From Coriobacteriales bacterium (GTDB taxonomy: Bacteria; Actinomycetota; Coriobacteriia; Coriobacteriales; UBA8131): a stretch of DNA of 64,000 nucleotides. The translations under genes were made by a program, and so were the position numbers. Under the pieces are notes generated by a model, which had not been told where the DNA came from, did no database searches, and saw only the letters and a program-made list of their open reading frames with translations. The stretch lies in NCBI GenBank assembly GCA_031288185.1, contig JAITRZ010000048.1:31307-95306 (forward strand). Reading direction: 5' to 3'. This document shows, in pieces, positions 35,220 through 45,142 of the stretch (position 1 is the stretch's first letter; each line of letters opens with the position of its first letter).

Positions 35220-37820
35220 TTATACCTCCTCAACAATGCGTCCGGCGGCCGAGAGCCCGGTTTCGGGACAGTAGGGACGCGCGAAAGCTTCAGGATATTT
35301 TTGAGCGAGCTCGTCTAAATCGACCTTTTTAATGCCCACGAGAAAACCATTGGTAACCTCACCGGGAGCGTTTTTTGAGGTCGGAGCGGTGGGACAGATA
35401 AGGTTGTTGGCACCGCCGCGATCCAGTCCGCCAACGCCATACTCAAGAATGTCAGTACGCGCGCCATGATCCTGATACAACACGCCGGGCATGATACGCT
35501 CCGTTACCAACACCCCACCAAGAACCCGGCCACGTTCGTTGAACAGCTCGGCAATATCTCCGTCAACCAGACCGAGCTGTGCGGCATCCTGCGGATGCAC
35601 CCAGATTGGTTCATAGAGATAGCCGTCAGCCCCGCGCACCTTGCAGGTGCGTATCTCACGCGTCCAGGGAATGTCATCGTGCTGAGCGTGTACCCGCCAG
35701 CGCGGATGGTTGCTCATCAGCAGATAGGGGTACTTCTTTGCGCGCTCAGAGCTGATGCGCTCCTGGTGACCGTCCCCTTCCTCAATCCACTTGGGCACCG
35801 GCCCGCGAATTTTGTCTCCAGGGTAGTTTGCCGCCAGGCCGGTGGCATAAAACTCAAGTTTGCCCGTAGGGGTGTTAAGGGGAAAATCTTCAGGGTGCTC
35901 GTAGAATAGCTGCAGGCCAACAGGCTTCTCCTCCCAGTCCTTCTCGGTGGGAAAACAGATGAACTTTTGCTCCTGAAACAGCTCAAAGGGGTATTCATCA
36001 AGCGGGGCACCGCAGCGTTCATAGCCGTATTTGACGTCTTCTTCGGGCGTGCGGCCGCCGGTGTAGCGCTCGAAGAGTCCCGTGTAGGGGCCGCCGAGCA
36101 CTTCCAACTTCTTTGCCACCTCGCCTACCGCCTGATAGTCATCAAGCGACTCGACCACTGGCTCAATGGCCTGCTCCTCAATGGCGACCATGGTAAACTG
36201 ACCGTTATAGATGTCTGTGCAGACATCCATCGTCTCAAAAACAGTGGAGATGGGCAAAATGATGTCGGCCAGGAGTGTGTCGTTTTCCATCCAGGGGTGC
36301 TGCACCAGGTAAAACTCAATGCTGGAGTCCCGCACTGCGTCCTGATAGGCGTTGCCGCCGTTCCAACAGGTTTCCCAGCAGGGTGTATCGCTCCAGATCA
36401 TGTGAACGCGTGGGCCATCGCCCGGGTAAACGAAGGTTAGAAACTGGTCTTCTTTGGGCATCGAGCAAACCACATGACCGCTCCAGGAGACCGGCGGGTT
36501 GGTGATGGCTTCAGGCGTTAACGTCTTGGGAAAGAAGTAACGCGGCGCGCTCATCTTCCAGCCGTGAAAGATGTCAGCAAACATCGGATAGATCGATGAA
36601 CGCGGCACAGGGTTGATGTCGCGCAGCACCCATTCGATAAACTTGAACTGGTTGACACCCGGCTTGCCCAGGCCCTGCATACCCAGTAGACAGACCTCAA
36701 GGCGGGCGGGTTCGTGGGAAAAACAGGAGCGGATATAGCCGCCGCCGTTGCAGTGAGCGATGGTGATGGCGTGTTTGCCCCAGTAGCGCGCGAACGCCTT
36801 GATGCGGTAGGAGGGAACGCCGCACTTCTCTGCAGCCCATTCAGGAGTTTTGGGGATGCCGTCCTCATGACCCAATACGTAGTATTCAAACCAGTCAAAA
36901 CCCTCGACATGCGTAGCCACGTATTCCTTGTCGTAGAGATCCTCAGTCATCCAGACGTAAGCGATGGCCAGCTGAAACGCGGCATCGGTATTGGGCAGGA
37001 TGGGTATCCAGCGATCAGCGTGAACCGCATTGGTGTAGTTGACATCCGGCGCGATGTGTATCTGCTTGAGGCCGATGTCAGTAAACCAGAAGCAGAGCCG
37101 GCTGGGTTGCAGGCCGCCCCAGCCCCACGGAGTGGTCTCCGGGTCAGCTCCCCAAAAGAGCACTGCGTCGGAGTTTTGGGCGGCATCAAGTATCACGTTG
37201 TCCTGGGGATTTTGCTGACCGTGAAACTCACAGCCCCAGACATGCTTGGCACCCCAGTACCAGCCTTCCCAACTGTCGGGTTGGCGCGCCTGAACCGTAT
37301 AGTTGCCCGGCTCAGGACCGATGCAGTCGAGCATCATCGACTGGCAGCCATGGCCGCCGCTGATAACCTTGGTCTCGCCGTGGCCCTCACCCTGCACCAA
37401 TATCGCTCGGCCGCCGTATGTTTGGATGACGCGGTCGACCTCACTGGCGATGATGCTTGTTGCCTCGTCCCAACTGATGCGGACGTAATTGCTGATACCA
37501 CGATTTTGCGGATTGCGCTTGCCGTCTGGATCCCAATCCACGCGCTTCAGCGGATACGGCACGCGGTTGGGTGAGGATGCCCGCTTCTTGTAGGCCAGCG
37601 ACAACGGCGGCAACAGGCTCTTCAACTTGGGATCAAAGCGATGCCCGCGAACGTCAAAGCTCCAGGCGTTGAGGCTCTCCTCGGTATAAAACTCGCTGTA
37701 ATGCAGCGGCCTGATGCGGACTATCTTACCGTCCATGACATCGACATTGGCCAGATTGGTGCCATTGCCAAAGCCGTTACTGCTGAGATTTTGAATTACG
37801 GTTTTATCCTTGATTTTCAC
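35220..37820 (-). CDS. Bis-MGD molybdopterin oxidoreductase, pyrogallol-phloroglucinol transhydroxylase (AthL)-like alpha subunit, no Tat signal
   Basis: DSWEGWYWGAKHVWG resembles the P. acidigallici AthL DSWEGWHWGGMHMWG (recalled), with similarity continuing through YPLKRVDWDP, WIPILPNTDAA and ITERIMPGV. GTG at 37820 with GGAGG 6 nt upstream. There is no RR motif. Confidence 0.85.
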   Translation of the reverse strand: MKIKDKTVIQNLSSNGFGNGTNLANVDVMDGKIVRIRPLHYSEFYTEESLNAWSFDVRGHRFDPKLKSLLPPLSLAYKKRASSPNRVPYPLKRVDWDPDGKRNPQNRGISNYVRISWDEATSIIASEVDRVIQTYGGRAILVQGEGHGETKVISGGHGCQSMMLDCIGPEPGNYTVQARQPDSWEGWYWGAKHVWGCEFHGQQNPQDNVILDAAQNSDAVLFWGADPETTPWGWGGLQPSRLCFWFTDIGLKQIHIAPDVNYTNAVHADRWIPILPNTDAAFQLAIAYVWMTEDLYDKEYVATHVEGFDWFEYYVLGHEDGIPKTPEWAAEKCGVPSYRIKAFARYWGKHAITIAHCNGGGYIRSCFSHEPARLEVCLLGMQGLGKPGVNQFKFIEWVLRDINPVPRSSIYPMFADIFHGWKMSAPRYFFPKTLTPEAITNPPVSWSGHVVCSMPKEDQFLTFVYPGDGPRVHMIWSDTPCWETCWNGGNAYQDAVRDSSIEFYLVQHPWMENDTLLADIILPISTVFETMDVCTDIYNGQFTMVAIEEQAIEPVVESLDDYQAVGEVAKKLEVLGGPYTGLFERYTGGRTPEEDVKYGYERCGAPLDEYPFELFQEQKFICFPTEKDWEEKPVGLQLFYEHPEDFPLNTPTGKLEFYATGLAANYPGDKIRGPVPKWIEEGDGHQERISSERAKKYPYLLMSNHPRWRVHAQHDDIPWTREIRTCKVRGADGYLYEPIWVHPQDAAQLGLVDGDIAELFNERGRVLGGVLVTERIMPGVLYQDHGARTDILEYGVGGLDRGGANNLICPTAPTSKNAPGEVTNGFLVGIKKVDLDELAQKYPEAFARPYCPETGLSAAGRIVEEV

Positions 37821-37833
37821 CGCGTTCCTCCAA

Positions 37834-39234
37834 TCATTTGTTTTCTGCGGTTGCGCTGGCTTCTGCAACCGCCTTGCCACCCGCGATAGCCCTGTCGCCT
37901 GAGCGCGTCTTGTCACCCACCGCCATCTGATGGTCGGGTTTGGGGAAACGCACTACCAAGCTGGCGATAAGGCTAAGGGAGATAAAGCTGGCAGCGATAA
38001 TGAAGCCAAGGATGAGCGTGCCGTTGGCATCATAGACCGCGCCGGCCATGGCACCTGCCCAGGAGGTGATAAGACCACTAAACAGCATCGTTGTCCCCAG
38101 ATTCTTTGGGAAAGACGCGGGGCCAAAATAATTGGCAACGGCGGTTGGCAGGTTGGTCGAGATGCTGCCAAAGCAGACGCCAATGCAGATGTAGTAGAAG
38201 AAAATGACCCAGGTTGCATTCACAAAGGCCGCCGTGAGCAAGGCGATGATTATCAGCGTTAGGGCGGCAGTTATCAGGCGTATGGGCTCGATGCGATCAG
38301 AAAGCATGCCGATAAAAAACACGCCGACCATCAGGGCCAAGCCAAGAAGGGCCGTTGCGCTAACGATCAGTGCGGGGTCAAAACCTTGGGTAGTAAAGTG
38401 AAGCACACCGGCTGATGTGGTAAAGCCGTAGGAGAAAAATCCGCCGGAACCGGCAAAGGCGATAAGCCAGAAACAGGGGTTTTTGATCGCCTGCCTATAC
38501 GTGACCGATGTGGTGTTCTTAAACACCTTGGATTTCCTGGTGCCCGCAGGTTGCGCACCCGCCCCTGAGGTGGCGGCCGAAGCGCTATCTGCTGCGTTCC
38601 TTGCAGCCTCCTGCGGGGTGATTCCATCGGGATACTGCCCAAGATCCGCAGGCTTATTCTTTACAAACAGCAGTGCGAGAATGATAGAGAGCACGCCCAG
38701 GGCGGCCATCAGGTACCAACCGTTACGGTAATCGCCCAACGCCAGTGCCGTTCCAACGGCGATTGGGGCAATAAAGGCACCCAGACGACCGATGGCCATC
38801 GCAAGAGTCATGGCTTTGCCACGGTGCCGGTTAAACCAGATGCCCACCGTCGACTGAATGGTTATCTGCCCAACAAGAATGGTGGCGATGGATAAAAAGC
38901 AGCCAAAGAAGATAAAGTACCCTATCGTACCTCTGACAAAGAGCGCCAGAGCCAACGCACTGATAACGCCCAGGGTGCCCCCAATGACAACGGTCAGGCG
39001 GGCACCGAGCCTGGCGTTAAGCCAGCCGGCCAGAGGGCTTGCCAGACCCTGGAAGATAACAAAGACCGTAAAACCGGTACCCATGACCGTGCCAGTCATC
39101 TCCATTGCCGGATCCTTGAGCATCGCCGGATTGATGAGCTGGGCAGAACTGAGCACAGATCCTGATGAGCAGAGATAGAGAATGCCGCAGACTACCGCCA
39201 TTACCCATCCATAGAAGTGCTTCTTTCCTGTCAT
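37834..39234 (-). CDS. MFS transporter
   Basis: 12-TM profile. ATG at 39234 is preceded by GGAAAGGAA. The stop lies 13 nt before the alpha-subunit start. Confidence 0.85.
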   Translation of the reverse strand: MTGKKHFYGWVMAVVCGILYLCSSGSVLSSAQLINPAMLKDPAMEMTGTVMGTGFTVFVIFQGLASPLAGWLNARLGARLTVVIGGTLGVISALALALFVRGTIGYFIFFGCFLSIATILVGQITIQSTVGIWFNRHRGKAMTLAMAIGRLGAFIAPIAVGTALALGDYRNGWYLMAALGVLSIILALLFVKNKPADLGQYPDGITPQEAARNAADSASAATSGAGAQPAGTRKSKVFKNTTSVTYRQAIKNPCFWLIAFAGSGGFFSYGFTTSAGVLHFTTQGFDPALIVSATALLGLALMVGVFFIGMLSDRIEPIRLITAALTLIIIALLTAAFVNATWVIFFYYICIGVCFGSISTNLPTAVANYFGPASFPKNLGTTMLFSGLITSWAGAMAGAVYDANGTLILGFIIAASFISLSLIASLVVRFPKPDHQMAVGDKTRSGDRAIAGGKAVAEASATAENK

Positions 39235-39479
39235 TACATTTCCTTTCCCTAAAGGGTTACATACGTGCACGTACTTCCAAAAATCCCGTGCACGTTTTTT
39301 TCAGGCTACAGCGGCACACTGCCGCGTTGGTTCGCGCTAGTGTTACGACTCCCCTGGCCTATCCGGCAGCTGTTGTTTGCCTGGCCGGCATTTCTCGATA
39401 CACGCGATGTTCTCAAGAGGGCGTCGCGCTCAGCGCGTCTCGCAAAAGCGACGGGGTTCATCACCGTTTCTCTTGCCAA

Positions 39480-39818
39480 TTACCGCTGCCCTACACCCTG
39501 CAACAGCTGCGAGGGTTTTGCCGTCATCTGCTTTTGCAGCTCGTCAAGTTCGCCAAAGACAAGGCATTTGGCTTGGCAGTGCGCGACGCAATAGGGTTGA
39601 CCGGTAGCGGTCTCAAGGCCAGCGCAGCAGGTGCATTGTTCAGTGAAGAAAGGGACATTGGTAAAAATCCACTTATCATCTTCATACGGCCAGGGCCCAA
39701 GAATTGATAGCTTGACGCCAAATTGTCCCGGCGGAAAATCGTTGACCATCTGACAGGCCACCTCGCACGAATGGCAGCCGGTGCACCATTCGTAGTCGAT
39801 AAGAAACGCCTTGCTCAT
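39480..39818 (-). CDS. Small 4Fe-4S ferredoxin-type subunit
   Basis: CTGCHSCEVAC plus a second Cys cluster (CTCC...CVAHC...C). It lies 25 nt downstream of the second molybdoenzyme. Confidence 0.75.
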   Translation of the reverse strand: MSKAFLIDYEWCTGCHSCEVACQMVNDFPPGQFGVKLSILGPWPYEDDKWIFTNVPFFTEQCTCCAGLETATGQPYCVAHCQAKCLVFGELDELQKQMTAKPSQLLQGVGQR

Positions 39819-39843
39819 TTTTAACCTTCCTTCTGCTGACGCA

Positions 39844-42078
39844 CTAAGCCGTCACCTTGTAGATTTTGCAGAGCATCACCTTGTAATTTGCGCCAACGCC
39901 GATCTTTGACATGTCTTCCCAGGCGATAAGACTGTTGATGTTGAGCTCCCTGGTGTCATAGAGGCGCTCCGGCCCCGCCTCGGGATGTGACCAGCCGTGC
40001 GAGGTCGAGACAACACGCGGGTCAAGGCCCAGGTTAAGGGAGACGATACGCTTGGCGCGGCCCCGGTGTCCCTCTAGCCAGACCCACTCGCCCTCGGTTA
40101 GCCCGTACTTTTTAGCGGTGTCTGGATGCATCTCAACCACCGGTTCGGGACGTAGCGCGCGCAGGTGCTCCTGACGGCGATTCTCAGAATGAAAGTACAT
40201 CCAGTCCCTGGCACCCGTGATGATGATCAGCGGGTATTCCTCATACAGTTCCGGCGTTGAGTAAGGGCTGGGGGTGGGTTCGTAGAATTCAGGCAACGGA
40301 TCCAGGCCAAGGCGAGAATACATGGTCGAATACAGCTCAACTCTGCCCGTTAGGGTATTAAACCCAACCTGGCCGTCCCTGCGCAGCTTGCCGGTTTTGT
40401 ACTTGTGGTACTCGTAGGGCAAAAACACCGGCGCGGCCTCCTGCATCTCGGCAAAGCTCAGGCCTGAGTCGGTGAGGATGTAGGAATACATATCCTCGAC
40501 GGTTTCCCATGGCCAGGCCTCGGGATTAAAGCGTCTGCCCATCTCAAGCAGGATCTCCATGTCGGCCTTGCACTCCCCCGGATCAGCGGCCTGGTTTATC
40601 GTCTCGCCTCTCTGACAGCCATCACCAACGCGAATGCCGTTGCGCTCTGGATAAGTGGCGGCCGGCAAAAGCACATCGGCCAAAGCCATCATGGTGGCCG
40701 TCATAAAGAGATCGACTCCAACGATAAACTCCAGCTTCTCAAACGCCTCTTTCGCGCGCTGCGGGTCGGGGCCGGTTCCGGTAATGATGTCGGTGGTTTG
40801 AATCCAGGCAGCCTTCATTGGATAGGGCTCGCCCTTTTCGATAGCCTCAAGAACGGTTAGCGCTGCGGCACTGACTACGCCGGTGCGGTAAAACGAGTAT
40901 TTATCGATGCCCAGGCGCTTTTCTTCCTGTTCTTGTGGCAGGAACTCCTGGCCCCAACCGCCAAGATAGTTGAGAAGTTCAGGCGGTTTTATCATGCCGC
41001 CGGGGTTGTCGAGATTGCCGGTTATCATTATCAGGGCAGAGAGCGCCTGACATGCCGGCAGCGCCTCAGTGGTCTGATCCACTGCCACACCCCACTGCAG
41101 GGCAAAGCCGTCACTTGCGGCTATCATCCGGGCGGCCTGAACGATCTTTTCTGGCGGTATCCAGGTGATCTCCGAGGTCTTCTCCAACGTATAGGGAGAC
41201 ACGCGCTCTGAGAACTCATCAAAGCCGTAGCACCATAAGTCGACAAATTCCTTGTCGTAGATTTCTTCTTGGATCATATAGTTGGCCAGCCCCATGGCCA
41301 GCGCCGCATCAGTGCCCGGACGGATTTGCAGCCAGAGCGCAGACTTTGCCGCCAGCCAGGTACACTTTGGGTCAACAACCAGCAGATGCGAGCCACGCTT
41401 CATGCAGTCGATTATCCAATGACCATAGAGTCCATCGGAGTTTGAAATCAGGGGGTTATTGCCCCAGATGGCGATGGTTCCCGGCGGCTTCCACTGCGGG
41501 TTCTCATAGCGATCCGCAAACTGCTGCGAGTAGTCGCCAACCCAAAACGAGCCGCTCGTCGAAGCACAGCCAAACACTCGGGGCGCGTAACAGGCGATGC
41601 CATTTATCCCCGATGTCAGGTTGGGACTTCCGTATGACCAAGCAAAGCGCGATATGTAGGTAGCGATGTCGCGCCCGGTGCCGCGCCAGAAAACCACCGA
41701 CTCAGCACCAAAGTTATCCTTGTAATAACGGAGCTTTTCTTCGATAAAATCATAGGCCTCACTCCAGGTTATCCTCTCAAACGCCTCTGTTCCCCTCTTC
41801 TTTGGGTCGCGCTTCATCGGATAACGCAGTCTGTCCGGATGATTGACCGCCTCTGTCAGCGCAAGGCAACGCACGCAGAGACGACCCTGGTTATAGGGAT
41901 TTTCCGGATCACCCTCCACACGCACCAGTTTGTCCTCGGCATTGGTGTAGAGCAACACGCCACACCCATCGTGGCAACCCGGTCCCGACCATGAAGCGCC
42001 CCTCGTTACCTTTAGATCGCCTGACAGATAACGAAAGGGTTTTTCATGGGTAACCATCGTGTATCCCTCGTTTGGCAT
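39844..42078 (-). CDS. Bis-MGD molybdopterin oxidoreductase, acetylene-hydratase-like clade, cytoplasmic (no Tat signal)
   Basis: N-terminal FeS Cys group (GCHDGC...CVRC). VELYSTMYSRLGLDPLPEFYEP...EYPLIIITGAR...GEWVWLEGHRGR parallels P. acetylenicus acetylene hydratase (recalled). ATG at 42078 with GGGAGG 6 nt upstream; an ATG at 42057 is also possible. Confidence 0.85.
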   Translation of the reverse strand: MPNEGYTMVTHEKPFRYLSGDLKVTRGASWSGPGCHDGCGVLLYTNAEDKLVRVEGDPENPYNQGRLCVRCLALTEAVNHPDRLRYPMKRDPKKRGTEAFERITWSEAYDFIEEKLRYYKDNFGAESVVFWRGTGRDIATYISRFAWSYGSPNLTSGINGIACYAPRVFGCASTSGSFWVGDYSQQFADRYENPQWKPPGTIAIWGNNPLISNSDGLYGHWIIDCMKRGSHLLVVDPKCTWLAAKSALWLQIRPGTDAALAMGLANYMIQEEIYDKEFVDLWCYGFDEFSERVSPYTLEKTSEITWIPPEKIVQAARMIAASDGFALQWGVAVDQTTEALPACQALSALIMITGNLDNPGGMIKPPELLNYLGGWGQEFLPQEQEEKRLGIDKYSFYRTGVVSAAALTVLEAIEKGEPYPMKAAWIQTTDIITGTGPDPQRAKEAFEKLEFIVGVDLFMTATMMALADVLLPAATYPERNGIRVGDGCQRGETINQAADPGECKADMEILLEMGRRFNPEAWPWETVEDMYSYILTDSGLSFAEMQEAAPVFLPYEYHKYKTGKLRRDGQVGFNTLTGRVELYSTMYSRLGLDPLPEFYEPTPSPYSTPELYEEYPLIIITGARDWMYFHSENRRQEHLRALRPEPVVEMHPDTAKKYGLTEGEWVWLEGHRGRAKRIVSLNLGLDPRVVSTSHGWSHPEAGPERLYDTRELNINSLIAWEDMSKIGVGANYKVMLCKIYKVTA

Positions 42079-42346
42079 AACTGACCTCCCATCCTTACTG
42101 CTGTTGTCCATCATTTTTCTTAAGCAATCAGGCAAATGTCTTGACAGGCGCAGATGTCTTAAGCCCAGTAGCCGACAGCAACCGACGGCAACCCGACATA
42201 CGCCCTTCGCTCAAGCTTTTTGCCTTTGCTCAGGTTCTATAATAGGAAGCGTTCAAAAAAACGCTTCAAACTCTAAGTTAGAATCCGCCGTACTGCCCTC
42301 AACTTTCCTCCTACTTAGAGTTGTATCCTGGCAAAATGGAGCAACT

Positions 42347-44260
42347 ATGCCTCGAATCTCTGCCCTGTTGACCGCTGAAAAACGCTGTCTACTCGACCCC
42401 GCCACCGCTAAGCGCGTCGCCACCGCCGACCCGGCAGACACACGCGACACCGGCGACGACAGCGACGCGTCCGATGCCGCTGGCACCGCCGCAGACAGGG
42501 ACACATCGCACGCAACGGGCAACCTGGATGGTAGAGAGATTGGCAAACAGCCTCATGTAGGCAGGGGCGCATCACACGCAACGGGCAACGGCGCGCTTCA
42601 CGCGTCGATCTCAAGGGCGCTTGCAGGCAAGGGCGTGTCCCACGCTATAGGCAACGGTGCTCCTGTTGGCGCAGGCAACACAAACGAGGCTGACACCCTC
42701 ACCATCGCCTATCGCCTGGAGGCAACGGAGTCCAACGACACGGCGGACACTTCGCGCGTTGAGCACCTGCAATACCAGGGAATCCTCGCGACCATTGGGT
42801 TTGCGCTGTACTTTGCCTGGGAACTGTTGGGGATCTTTGGCATGCTCCTCCCCCTTGCCACCTACCTGCCCCTGCAGGAAGCCGTAATCGCCCGCATGAT
42901 TTTTCTTATCTGCATCGCCATCTCGCTAACCGCCGCGTATCTGCTGGCTGACCGGCTGCTCAAACGCTGTGATCTGCTGTTTTCTGTGGGCACACTGCTT
43001 TCTTGCGTTCCTATCATCATCGCTCTTGTCAGCTTCACCTCAGAAGTTAGGATACCCATCGGCATTGTAGCCTTCGGGTGGATCTGCCTGGGCATCTCCT
43101 TTAGCTCGCTGATGCTGTATTGGGGTAGTTTCTTTAGCCTTGTCCCCACGCGCTACACGCGCGTCGCCATCGTCTCCGCCTCCACCGGCGGAACCTTCCT
43201 CTTTATCATCGTCGCCTGTATAGCGTCTGAATCGATCTTTTTGCTCAGCTACGCTCTGCTCGCCGCACTGTCTTTGGCGCTCGCCTACTATCTGTCCCTT
43301 AAAATCAGGCCGCAGATGGAGCTTTCCAGCCAGCATTTCTGGCCCATACCCCCCACCACCTGGAAGCGCGGGCTTTCCATTGGCTCGCACAGCCTGGCGC
43401 ATGGTTTTGTGGTCACTGCGCTGTTTCATATGGGATTTGAGGCGGTCATCATCGGGTGCGCCAGCGGTTTGATTGGCGACGCGCTGTGCTTTGTTTGGCT
43501 GCGCAACAAGAAAATTGACGTTGATGTCAGTCTCTTTCAGCGCATCACCTTGCCTCTCATCCTCTTGGGACTGCTGCTCTTTCCCGTTGTCAGCGACACG
43601 GGGCGCCTGCTCCGTTGTTGTCTCATCAACATCTGCCTCGCACACTTTATCACGATGACCTGGGCAAATTCCGCCGTTGCCAACTCTGAGTTCAAGTTTC
43701 ACCCGCTCAAAGCCTTCGCCTCCAACCGCATCCCCAACATGCTCGGATTTCTGGTTGGCACGATATACGCGGTGGCCATTTTTTTCTACTTTAGTCTGGA
43801 TACTGGGCAGCTCTATCTGGCGATAGCGGGCATCGTGGTGTTGATAGTCTCCGTCTCCATGATCTATGGCATGGACGACTCCACCATCAAACGGCGACTC
43901 GCCAACCTTTTGACCTACGAGAACAAGGTGGGGATGGGAGTTGGTGATGCACGGGCGGGCGTTGATGGTGGCGGCGCTTCTGGCAGCGCGGAGACCGACG
44001 GTGCCCTCTCAGAAAGAAGAGTGGCCTGGTATCGAATGAAATGTGAGGCGATAGTTGAGCGCTATGACCTCTCGCCGCGCGAGGCGGAGGTGTTCATGCT
44101 GCTGGCGAAAGGTCGCACGGCGGACTATATCGGCTCCAAACTGGTTATCTCCAACTCAACAGCCAAGACGCACATCTATCACATCTACCAGAAATTGGGC
44201 ATTAACACTCAGCAGCGCCTGATGGATATTGTTGAGGATGATGCGGGCGCCGGCGGATGA
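42347..44260 (+). CDS. Membrane-embedded LuxR-family transcriptional regulator (about 10 TM helices plus a C-terminal HTH)
   Basis: C-terminus LSPREAEVFMLLAKGRTADYIGSKLVISNSTAKTHIYHIYQKLG, a long polytopic middle region, and an N-terminus with SHATGN repeats. ATG at 42347 with GGAG upstream. It is divergent from the molybdoenzyme operon. Confidence 0.8.
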   Translation: MPRISALLTAEKRCLLDPATAKRVATADPADTRDTGDDSDASDAAGTAADRDTSHATGNLDGREIGKQPHVGRGASHATGNGALHASISRALAGKGVSHAIGNGAPVGAGNTNEADTLTIAYRLEATESNDTADTSRVEHLQYQGILATIGFALYFAWELLGIFGMLLPLATYLPLQEAVIARMIFLICIAISLTAAYLLADRLLKRCDLLFSVGTLLSCVPIIIALVSFTSEVRIPIGIVAFGWICLGISFSSLMLYWGSFFSLVPTRYTRVAIVSASTGGTFLFIIVACIASESIFLLSYALLAALSLALAYYLSLKIRPQMELSSQHFWPIPPTTWKRGLSIGSHSLAHGFVVTALFHMGFEAVIIGCASGLIGDALCFVWLRNKKIDVDVSLFQRITLPLILLGLLLFPVVSDTGRLLRCCLINICLAHFITMTWANSAVANSEFKFHPLKAFASNRIPNMLGFLVGTIYAVAIFFYFSLDTGQLYLAIAGIVVLIVSVSMIYGMDDSTIKRRLANLLTYENKVGMGVGDARAGVDGGGASGSAETDGALSERRVAWYRMKCEAIVERYDLSPREAEVFMLLAKGRTADYIGSKLVISNSTAKTHIYHIYQKLGINTQQRLMDIVEDDAGAGG

Positions 44261-44308
44261 GAGATGGCGGCGGCCAAAGTGACGAGTGACGGCGCATGAG
44301 CCTTATGC

Positions 44309-45142
44309 TCAGGCGGTTGTACCCGCTTCCCGGTTGCGCGCGCGGGCCATGTAGGTGTTCCAGACCAGCAGAGAATCCGGGTGGATAAAGCGATGGCGCC
44401 GAATCAGATGTTCCAGGGTAGTTTGAAAGCACTTGAGAAACAAATCCTCCAGGGGCACCTTACCGGCAATAGAGCGCAGCGGCTGGAGGCTGGATTGAGA
44501 ACGTAGGGGCTCAATCATGTCAGCACTATAGATAATCATGTCCAGATCACTCATGTCCGGGGCAGCAGAGGTATGGCGGGCAATGGCCTGGATGATACAG
44601 GCGGGCAACTCAGGATACTCACGGGCTACGGCGCAGGCACCGGTTTGAGCATGAAGCAGGGCCGCCGTTGCTAGGTGCTGCTCAGGAAGCGTAATGCCAA
44701 AATCTGCAGCCCGCGCCAACAACTCGTCATCGGTGTAGTTTTTGTCCCAATCATGCAGGAGGCCGGCGATGCGGGCCTGCTCAAAATCAACGCCATAGAC
44801 GTTAGCCATCAAGGCGGCGATGTCAGAAACACTGATGGAATGCAGCAGGCGAAACCCCGTCAGGCGCTGCTCTAGCTTTTTGCGCGCGTCCCGATATACC
44901 GCCTCATAATCCACGTTGGATGGGGCATTGCCGCTCACCTGATGGATAACCGCCTGCTGGCTGCAGGTCTTGCTCCCTACGCTCGCCTGCTGGCTGCGGG
45001 CCTTGCTCTCTGTGGCCGCTTCGCGGTTGCAGGTCTTATTCCCTGCGGCCGTCTGACGGTTGCGGGTCTTAGGCTCTGCACTCGCTTGAGGGACGTTGGA
45101 TGGATGGTCTGTGGCAGGTGTGGAGTTACGAGAGCTTGGCAT
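44309..45142 (-). CDS. yqeK: HD-domain Ap4A hydrolase YqeK with a repetitive N-terminal extension
   Basis: HSISVSD...LLHDWDK HD motif. It lies immediately downstream of nadD, the conserved pairing. Confidence 0.8.
   Translation of the reverse strand: MPSSRNSTPATDHPSNVPQASAEPKTRNRQTAAGNKTCNREAATESKARSQQASVGSKTCSQQAVIHQVSGNAPSNVDYEAVYRDARKKLEQRLTGFRLLHSISVSDIAALMANVYGVDFEQARIAGLLHDWDKNYTDDELLARAADFGITLPEQHLATAALLHAQTGACAVAREYPELPACIIQAIARHTSAAPDMSDLDMIIYSADMIEPLRSQSSLQPLRSIAGKVPLEDLFLKCFQTTLEHLIRRHRFIHPDSLLVWNTYMARARNREAGTTA

Noticed and set aside
35220-42135. Twin-arginine (Tat) signal peptides on the two molybdoenzyme catalytic subunits.
   Set aside because: Neither N-terminus contains an S/T-R-R-x-F-L-K-like motif followed by a hydrophobic stretch once the RBS-supported starts are used. 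The MTRRAQATG... extension of the 898-aa ORF lacks the hydrophobic h-region and overlaps the MFS gene end.
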